Assembly (NCBI GenBank): GCA_964352405.1
Contig: CAYGRY010000005.1
Location: forward strand, 4,659-68,658
Length of the DNA stretch: 64,000 nucleotides
DNA from: an uncultured Halobacteriovorax sp.
Lineage (GTDB): Bacteria; Bdellovibrionota; Bacteriovoracia; Bacteriovoracales; Bacteriovoracaceae
Reading direction: 5' to 3'
Shown here: positions 57,893 to 64,000 of the stretch, in pieces
How positions within the stretch are numbered: the stretch's first letter is position 1
Layout: the number at the start of each line of letters is the position of its first letter
Program-made: the position numbers and the translations under genes
The notes under the pieces: model-generated
Databases searched by the model: none
What the model saw: the letters and a program-made list of their open reading frames with translations, nothing else
What the model was told of the DNA's origin: nothing

Positions 57893-58942
57893 ATGAAAAT
57901 TTCTGCACTGGTATTTGGAATAATGACTTTGGCTGGTTCATCAGCGTATGCACAGACTTGTGCCGTTGATATGGTACGCTATGGTAGCGTTATCGAAACC
58001 TTTTATGCTCAACTTGATCAAAACGGCCGTTGTCGTGATGCTTTAAGAGACTGCGCAAGAGCACGTACTCAACAAGGTGCTGGCACTGAAACAATTTGTG
58101 AGCCATCTACTGTTAGACCAAATCCTAACCCGAATCCAAATCCATACCCACCAAATCCGAATCCTCAACCACAGCCACCAAGATATGATGTATATAGACC
58201 TCTTCCAGGTCCATCAATTCGCGTTGGTGAGTTAGTGATGGAATCTTATAATACTCGTTCAATTCAAACTGTTCGTGCTAAGGCTGATGGCAAATTCTTA
58301 CTTGAAGATGGTCAGTGGTACAGCGCAAGCTATGTTAACAAATTACAAGAATTCTCTAACGGCCTTACTCTTGGTGAAGACGTTATGGAAGACTACAACA
58401 CAAGAAGTATCGTCTACATCAAAGCGATGGCAGCTGATCTTTTCCTTCTTTCAGATGAGCAGTGGTATAGCGCGAGTTATGTGAATCGTTTAGAAAGATC
58501 ATATAATGGTATCAGTGTTGGTGAGCGAGTGATGGAGTCATACAACACAAGAAGCATTGCTGTTGTAAAAGCAATTGCTGGTGGTCTTTTCCTTTTAGAT
58601 GACGATCAATGGTATAGCGCAAGTTATATTACTAGAATCGACAATAGCTCAAACGGCATCTTTATCGGTGACCAAGTGATGGAAGACTACAACACACGTT
58701 CAATCTCACGTGTTGTTGCGATCAGCGGTGGTCTATTCCTTCTTGATGACGGTCAGTGGTATAGCGCTAGCTATATAAATGCACTGGTTGAATCACAAAA
58801 TGGTTTTCGTGTAGGTCAAAGAGTAATGGAAGCTTACAATACTCGCTCGATCCAAAGAATCGTCGCGATGGCAGGTGGATTATTCCTACTTGAAGACGGA
58901 CAATGGTATAGCTCAGGCTATATCAATAGATTACAAAACTAA
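57893..58942 (+). CDS. secreted protein with 4-Cys N-domain, PNPNPNPNPYPPNPNPQPQPP linker and five 49-aa tandem repeats
   Basis: Signal peptide MKISALVFGIMTLAGSSAYA; repeat consensus VG(E/D).VME.YNTRSI..V.A.AGGLFLL.D.QWYSASY.N.L. Confidence 0.75.
   Translation: MKISALVFGIMTLAGSSAYAQTCAVDMVRYGSVIETFYAQLDQNGRCRDALRDCARARTQQGAGTETICEPSTVRPNPNPNPNPYPPNPNPQPQPPRYDVYRPLPGPSIRVGELVMESYNTRSIQTVRAKADGKFLLEDGQWYSASYVNKLQEFSNGLTLGEDVMEDYNTRSIVYIKAMAADLFLLSDEQWYSASYVNRLERSYNGISVGERVMESYNTRSIAVVKAIAGGLFLLDDDQWYSASYITRIDNSSNGIFIGDQVMEDYNTRSISRVVAISGGLFLLDDGQWYSASYINALVESQNGFRVGQRVMEAYNTRSIQRIVAMAGGLFLLEDGQWYSSGYINRLQN
58223..58939 (+). repeat. five in-frame 147-bp tandem coding repeats (last one shortened)
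   Basis: Recurring gtgatggaa...tacaacac(a/t)cg(t/c)tc...cagtggtatagcgc(a/g)ag(c/t)tat blocks at 147-nt period. Confidence 0.85.
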
Positions 58943-58950
58943 TAAAACTT

Positions 58951-58975
58951 GGGCCTTTCGGGGCCCTTTTTTTTT
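58951..58975 (+). terminator. rho-independent terminator
   Basis: GGGCC-TTTCG-GGGCCC followed by a T9 run. Confidence 0.7.
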
Positions 58976-59130
58976 GGAGTTGCAGGGGATCTTTGCGGTG
59001 TGAAAGAAAAGACCCGCTCCAAAACTTAAATGTTCTTGAAGATATTCATCCCCAATTACTATTAAATTCTAAAACGGGTCTTCTTCTTTACTGTCAAAAA
59101 ATTGTTAAGTGATAGTTAAAGCTTATTAAC

Positions 59131-59814
59131 TTAACCGTTAAATCTTAAACGATATCCAACGCCGCGCACCGTTTCGATAAGATCATCTCTTGTTTTTTGG
59201 CGTAGTTGAAGCACATGGGTATCAACAGTTCTAGTGGTTGGGTAGTGCTCATATCCCCAGACTTTATTTAAAATTTCATCACGAGAAAAGGCGCGATTTG
59301 GATGCTCTGCTAATAATGTAATGAAATCAAATTCCATCTTCGTCATCTCTACAGCTTTACCACCAAAGAAAACTTCACGTTGATTTTTATCAATCATCAG
59401 TTCTGCTACTTCAACTTTACCATCACTTTCTTTTTCACCGCCGCCACTGGCATTTGATAAACGGAGTTGCGCTCTTATTCTAGCGACAAGTTCACGTGGC
59501 TCAAATGGTTTCGTGACATAGTCATTGGCACCACTTTCAAGCCCGATCACTTTATCGATCAGTTCTGTTCTAGCGGTTAACATAATAACAGGAATAGCAT
59601 TAGTTTTTGCTCTTACTTCTTTTAGGTAATCAACGCCCTGACCATCTGGTAGCATCCAATCAAGAATCATAAGATCGTAATCATCGATTTTCTTTGTTCT
59701 CGCCTCTTCTAGATTTTTGGCAAGGTCGACTTGGTATCCTTCATCCTGAATAAACTTTTTAAGTGACGTTCCAAGATTCTCGTCATCTTCTAAAAGCATG
59801 ATTTTTTCACTCAT
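59131..59814 (-). CDS. OmpR-family DNA-binding response regulator (canonical acceptor Asp)
   Basis: LLEDD, LMILDWMLPDG, MLTA and KPF motifs, winged-helix C-terminus VGYRL; GAGGAG lies 6 nt upstream of the ATG at 59814. Confidence 0.9.
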   Translation of the reverse strand: MSEKIMLLEDDENLGTSLKKFIQDEGYQVDLAKNLEEARTKKIDDYDLMILDWMLPDGQGVDYLKEVRAKTNAIPVIMLTARTELIDKVIGLESGANDYVTKPFEPRELVARIRAQLRLSNASGGGEKESDGKVEVAELMIDKNQREVFFGGKAVEMTKMEFDFITLLAEHPNRAFSRDEILNKVWGYEHYPTTRTVDTHVLQLRQKTRDDLIETVRGVGYRLRFNG

Positions 59815-59828
59815 CCTATTCTCCTCGA

Positions 59829-61418
59829 TCAAGCCTGAACTGATTTCAAATCCAAAGCTATGGTAAATGTCGTTGGTTTTTTACTTAAGATTAACTCGCC
59901 TTTCATTTCATCGATGACTTTTCTAACAATATTTAAGCCAAGACCAGAGCCTTGCGACTTAGTTCCTTTAACAAACTCGCTGGTCAGATGATCTAAAGTA
60001 ATATCATCCGCTAACTCGCCTTTATCACTTATTTCTAGGGAAAGTTTTTTCTCATTTAAAGAAACGTTAACCTGAACCGGAAATACACCATGAAAACACG
60101 CGTTCTCGATGAGATTCTTTAAACAGATTCCTAGCCAATAGGTATCTATTTTGGCGGCAATATCATTGGGTAACAGATTGATAATAAGATTTTCTTCGCC
60201 GTACATTTCAATATAGGTATCTGCAATTTGCATGACAAAATCATTAATAGACTCACAGCCTTCATTTTTAAGTTCGATCAAATTATTGCTGTTTTTAACT
60301 TTAAGATAGTTTCTCGACATTTCAGTTAAACGCTGTAAACGGTAAACATCAGCAGAGAGTCTTAAAATATCATCTTGCTCGTCTTCCTGGAATTTATGTA
60401 GGCGCTTAGAAAGACTTTCAATAATTAAAAGCATGGAAGCAATTGGAGTTCTAAATTCATGAGAGAGAACTTTTAAAGCCAGACGTCTTCTTTCATCTTC
60501 TTGTCGATCACTTTTAAGACGACCAATTAAAGAGAAAATAAGACTTCCAACAACGGCTAAAAGTCCTAAGAAAAAGACTACTGTTGATTTATTAGCAATA
60601 CTAAAAATATGGCGAAAACTATAATTCCAACACAACTCTCCATCGCGGTAAAAACAGCTTCGACCTTCCTTATAATTTTGTAATGTATAAGAAGAATCTT
60701 TTAAGAATTCTTCCAGCGCATCCCTAGCATAAATTCTGTACTCTAAAATACTCAGCATGCGCGGATATTTTAATCTGGCAAAAAGGTAGTCATTGGTGAG
60801 TACGGTTCCTACACCTTGAATAATACCTGTGAGTGTTTTCTCATCGAGATTGGCCAAGATACTAAAGACTCCACCAAGCTCTCCTACTTCCCTTCTAACA
60901 GAATGAAGCTCTTTAACGTGAAAATATTGAAGATGAGATAAAACCCAAGACTTAGCTTGAAAACCTCTGGCCGAAGAAAAAGCTAGGTAAGCGTAACTAA
61001 AACCAGATGGATGAACATAAGGAGGTTCGACAAAAAACCCTCTGGGAAGACTCGTTCGTTTATTACATCTAAATTCTTCCCAAATAAGAATCTTTTCATA
61101 GTTGGCGGCATTGACGACCGTTTTTAAATTTTTAAAACAGCCTTCATCTGAGCTATAGCGGATATCGGTATCAGTTCCCGATTCAGGAATTGAAAATAAT
61201 GGATTTAATAATTGAAATTGATCTCTTGAAAAGTACAAACTATTAAAGTTTACAATCGATAGAGGCTTAACCTTGTATTGAAAGTCATTCTTGAGATCGT
61301 TAATTTCTAAAATATCACCTTGGGAGGCGGTAAAAGGACGCTGTAGTAACAAAGAAACATAGCCCGTCGCAAAAGCCATGGTTACAACGGTAAATATTAG
61401 AATCAAGTTAAGACGCAT
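59829..61418 (-). CDS. sensor histidine kinase with a large periplasmic domain
   Basis: Two TM segments flank a roughly 250-aa domain; H-box LSHEFRTPIASM, N-box NLIENACFH, G-box GSGLGLNIV. Confidence 0.85.
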   Translation of the reverse strand: MRLNLILIFTVVTMAFATGYVSLLLQRPFTASQGDILEINDLKNDFQYKVKPLSIVNFNSLYFSRDQFQLLNPLFSIPESGTDTDIRYSSDEGCFKNLKTVVNAANYEKILIWEEFRCNKRTSLPRGFFVEPPYVHPSGFSYAYLAFSSARGFQAKSWVLSHLQYFHVKELHSVRREVGELGGVFSILANLDEKTLTGIIQGVGTVLTNDYLFARLKYPRMLSILEYRIYARDALEEFLKDSSYTLQNYKEGRSCFYRDGELCWNYSFRHIFSIANKSTVVFFLGLLAVVGSLIFSLIGRLKSDRQEDERRRLALKVLSHEFRTPIASMLLIIESLSKRLHKFQEDEQDDILRLSADVYRLQRLTEMSRNYLKVKNSNNLIELKNEGCESINDFVMQIADTYIEMYGEENLIINLLPNDIAAKIDTYWLGICLKNLIENACFHGVFPVQVNVSLNEKKLSLEISDKGELADDITLDHLTSEFVKGTKSQGSGLGLNIVRKVIDEMKGELILSKKPTTFTIALDLKSVQA

Positions 61419-61523
61419 AAATTATCCTACTCGAAAGTGTCATTGTTTCGAGTCAGGCCGTTGTCAAAACAAGGCCAAATCTGTACACCAATATAACCTT
61501 TGAATAACATCCCAGGAAACGCT

Positions 61524-62357
61524 ATGCGCAATGATCTCAAGGCTTTACAAGGTGATAACACCAAAAAAGAGAACAAAACTTCTCGTTTTGTTTTAGGTCT
61601 AGATCTCGAAGGGATCAATGAAAATTTAGTTGAAAACGGAGTCAACCTCGATCTCGACCGCGTTACAGAGATTGGTGCTGTTTTATGGGACGTTCAGCGC
61701 TGCCAACCTATTAAAATCCTATCTGAACTTATTGATGAACCCGATCATCTTCCGTTAGACGAAGACACTACTGAACTCACAGGCATAGATGATGCAATGC
61801 TAGAGCAATGGGGAGCTAAGGGTAAAGATATTAAAATCATTTTAGAAAAATTAGTTTCAATGATTGGTCAGGCTGAAGCGATTGTGGCGCATAATGGTGG
61901 AAACTACGACCGCCCGATGATTGAGGCCATGGCCCAACGCTTTGGGGTTCAATTTCCTGATAAGCTTTGGATTGATACTGGTCGTGACATTGAATTTCCA
62001 AAGAAAATGCATATGCGTTCTATGGCGGCTCTTGAGCATGCCCACGGATTTGTTAACCCGTTTCCTCATCGCGCCGTCACTGATGTTCTTTCGATGATGA
62101 AGATTTTTTCAACCTACCCATATGAAAGAATTCACGCGTTGGCGAGCTCTCCCGTTGTCAAAATTGTGGCCGACTTAAAAGCTCCTAATTGGAAAGATCA
62201 ATCCGCCGTGTCTGAATTTAACCGTGTTAAAAATAAAGTCGCCAAAGCTCGTTTTCGTTGGAACCCATCTGACAAAACTTGGTCAAAAGATATTCACCAA
62301 ATTCTCATCGATGAGGGTAAGATTAACTTCGAATTTGACTGGTCAGTAAGGGCATAA
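61524..62357 (+). CDS. DEDDh-type 3'-5' exonuclease domain protein
   Basis: LGLDLEG (Exo I), VAHNGGNYDRPM (Exo II), HRAVTDV (Exo III); AGGAAA Shine-Dalgarno before the ATG at 61524. Confidence 0.75.
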   Translation: MRNDLKALQGDNTKKENKTSRFVLGLDLEGINENLVENGVNLDLDRVTEIGAVLWDVQRCQPIKILSELIDEPDHLPLDEDTTELTGIDDAMLEQWGAKGKDIKIILEKLVSMIGQAEAIVAHNGGNYDRPMIEAMAQRFGVQFPDKLWIDTGRDIEFPKKMHMRSMAALEHAHGFVNPFPHRAVTDVLSMMKIFSTYPYERIHALASSPVVKIVADLKAPNWKDQSAVSEFNRVKNKVAKARFRWNPSDKTWSKDIHQILIDEGKINFEFDWSVRA

Positions 62358-62366
62358 ACGGCGGCT

Positions 62367-63050
62367 ATGGAAAAGAAGAAGAAAAAAGACAACGCTCTCA
62401 TCAACATTCTAGTGAACGTGGTTATTCCATCGGTCATTATGTCTAAATACTCGACTCCAGAAACACTTGGAGAAGTTAAAGGCCTTATCGTCGCTTTGGC
62501 CTTCCCATTATTTTACGGTATTTGGGATTTTATCCGTCAAAGAAAACTCAATCTCTTTTCTGCACTTGGACTTATTAGTGTCCTTTTAACTGGTGGGATT
62601 GGTTTATTACAACTTGATCGTCGCTGGATGATTGCCAAAGAAACAGCGATTCCATTACTTATGGGTATCTTTGTTCTTTCAACTCTAAAAGCTAAGAAGC
62701 CTTTGCTATCAGCTTTTTTTGGAGAAGTGCTTGATCTTGAAAAACTTGAGGCTGCTTACAGTGAAACTGGTCATACAGGTGAATTTGAATTGCAAATAAG
62801 ATCAAGTTCTAAACTTTTGGGCTTTAGTTTCTTTTTCTCTGCTCTTTTGAATTTTGTTTTGGCCGTCGTTGTTTTAGAGGGTGAACCTGGCTCACAAGCT
62901 TTCACAGAAAGTCTTGGTCGCATGACGGCGCTTAGTTTTCCGGCCATCACCGTGCCGATGATGTTAGTTGTTGGTTATATTTTATGGAAGCTCTTTCACC
63001 AAATTAAGTTAAGAACAAATCAAGATATCGAAGAATTTATTCGTAAATAA
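62367..63050 (+). CDS. inner-membrane protein, unknown function
   Basis: 227 aa with a Lys-rich N-terminus and 5-6 TM segments. Confidence 0.6.
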   Translation: MEKKKKKDNALINILVNVVIPSVIMSKYSTPETLGEVKGLIVALAFPLFYGIWDFIRQRKLNLFSALGLISVLLTGGIGLLQLDRRWMIAKETAIPLLMGIFVLSTLKAKKPLLSAFFGEVLDLEKLEAAYSETGHTGEFELQIRSSSKLLGFSFFFSALLNFVLAVVVLEGEPGSQAFTESLGRMTALSFPAITVPMMLVVGYILWKLFHQIKLRTNQDIEEFIRK

Positions 63051-63064
63051 TATCTGAGGTCTGC

Positions 63065-64000
63065 ATGGAACTTCGTCCACTTGGTCACAGTGACATTAAG
63101 GTAAGTAAGATTTGTCTTGGAACCATGACTTGGGGTGAACAAAACACTCAAGAAGAGGCTCATGACCAACTCGATTTAGCTCTTGATTTTGGTATTAACT
63201 TTATTGATACAGCAGAAATGTATCCCGTCCCTCCAATGAAAGAGACCTGTCATGCGACAGAACAAATTATTGGTCTATGGAAAACACTTCACTCTAAGCG
63301 CGATCAAATTATTCTTGCCACTAAAGTTGTTGGACCTGGATTCGAATGGATTCGTGGTGGCCCAAGACTTACTCGTGGCCAAGTTCGAAAAGCTTTAGAG
63401 GATTCTCTAAAAAGACTACAAACTGATTATATCGATCTCTATCAGGTTCATTGGCCAGATCGCCATACTAATTTTTTTGGTTCACGTGGATTTACTCCTC
63501 CTGAAGGTGAAGAGCAATCAACTCCGATTCAAGAAACTTTAAGTGAGTTAGCAGCTCTTCAAAAAGAAGGAAAGATCAGAGAATTTGGTCTTTCCAATGA
63601 AACAGCTTGGGGGGTGCACGAATGGTTGAGACTCGCAGATAATGGCGTTGGCCCAAGACCCGTCTCGATTCAAAATCCTTACTCACTGTTAAATCGTCTT
63701 TTTGAAGTTGGACTTGCTGAGTTTAGTTACCGAGAAAAAATTGGTCTACTGGCTTACTCACCTCTAGCTTTTGGTATGTTAACTGGAAAATATGACAACG
63801 GTGCAAAACCAAAAAACGCTAGGCTAACTCTATTTGATCGCTTCACTCGTTATAATAATGAAAAAGCGAAAGAGGCTGCTAAGTCCTATAATGATCTAGC
63901 AAAATCTGTAAGTTTAACACCGGCTCAGATGGCTTTGGCCTTTGTGACGTCGAGGCATTTCACCACTTCAAATATCATCGGTGCGACGACGATGGCCCAG
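63065..64000 (+). CDS. aldo-keto reductase (Tas-like), 3' end beyond the window
   Basis: MELRPLGHSDIKVSKICLGTMTWG, INFIDTAEMYPVP, DLYQVHWPD; the frame stays open to position 64000; absent from the ORF track because no stop codon lies in the window. Confidence 0.85.
   Translation, partial: MELRPLGHSDIKVSKICLGTMTWGEQNTQEEAHDQLDLALDFGINFIDTAEMYPVPPMKETCHATEQIIGLWKTLHSKRDQIILATKVVGPGFEWIRGGPRLTRGQVRKALEDSLKRLQTDYIDLYQVHWPDRHTNFFGSRGFTPPEGEEQSTPIQETLSELAALQKEGKIREFGLSNETAWGVHEWLRLADNGVGPRPVSIQNPYSLLNRLFEVGLAEFSYREKIGLLAYSPLAFGMLTGKYDNGAKPKNARLTLFDRFTRYNNEKAKEAAKSYNDLAKSVSLTPAQMALAFVTSRHFTTSNIIGATTMAQ

Noticed and set aside
58223-58939. Regularly spaced 147-bp repeats that could be mistaken for a CRISPR-like array
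   Set aside because: The repeats are contiguous with no spacers, in frame inside a signal-peptide-bearing ORF, and diverge mostly at synonymous positions. They are coding tandem repeats.
58981-59082. CCGCAAAG and GGAGCGGGTC strings on the minus strand reminiscent of a c-di-GMP-I (GEMM) riboswitch; also the inverted repeat AAGACCCG...CGGGTCTT 58 nt apart
   Set aside because: The GGCAAACC-type first half and the paired tetraloop/receptor layout are absent, and no gene lies downstream in the right orientation. I treat it as the terminator region of the response-regulator gene.
61427-61645. 72-aa minus-strand ORF overlapping the exonuclease gene start
   Set aside because: It has no Shine-Dalgarno sequence, overlaps a well-supported gene and the kinase upstream region, and its composition is unremarkable.
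1-64000. Search for tRNA/rRNA genes, IS elements, integrases, phage genes, toxin-antitoxin pairs, restriction-modification or known defence-system genes
   Set aside because: I found no T-loop (GGTTCGAATCC-like) signatures, transposase/integrase motifs, terminal inverted repeats or recognisable defence-gene motifs. The many short internal antisense ORFs in the track overlap well-supported genes and were not called.

Overview
AT-rich bacterial chromosomal window with about 60 protein genes. By eye I found no rRNA, tRNA, CRISPR array, transposase or integrase. Most of it is housekeeping: a beta-oxidation-like trio (hydroxyacyl-CoA dehydrogenase, thiolase, aldehyde dehydrogenase), flagellin, uvrB, lysA, cysS, a CarD/CdnL-type regulator, ndk, sucCD, a three-subunit sdhCAB, queE, dksA, a DEAD-box helicase, tgt, serC, pepP, murD, an OmpR/histidine-kinase pair and an aldo-keto reductase running off the 3' edge. 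Between these sit many signal-peptide or membrane hypothetical proteins. Low G+C, flagellin, CdnL, DksA, an HD-GYP protein and many secreted unknowns would fit a Bdellovibrio-like predator, but that is inference only and the taxon cannot be set without a search. Main observations: (1) Next to flagellin lies a three-gene operon (6125-10293) in which every product is a degenerate signalling protein: a pseudo-receiver fused to a roughly 500-aa E/K/D-rich region, an HD-GYP with HD changed to HL, and a CheY with the acceptor Asp changed to Glu. A FliA-type promoter ends 6 nt before its ATG. This is my best candidate for an undescribed system. (2) Sigma-28-like promoters recur in front of flagellin and several unknown secreted or membrane genes. 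Four of them sit so close to the ATG that leaderless mRNAs are implied. (3) At 26.0-30.5 kb there are two tandem units of the form flavin-reductase / cargo / 80-aa gene that have decayed reciprocally, leaving an in-frame deleted 46-codon mini-ORF and a frameshifted copy of the 80-aa gene. One cargo is an 888-aa Cys- and Gly/Ala/Ser-rich secreted protein. (4) Two secreted proteins share the layout signal peptide, Pro-rich linker, tandem repeats (5 x 49 aa and 3 x about 42 aa). All functional readings of unknown genes are hypotheses. No database search was possible.
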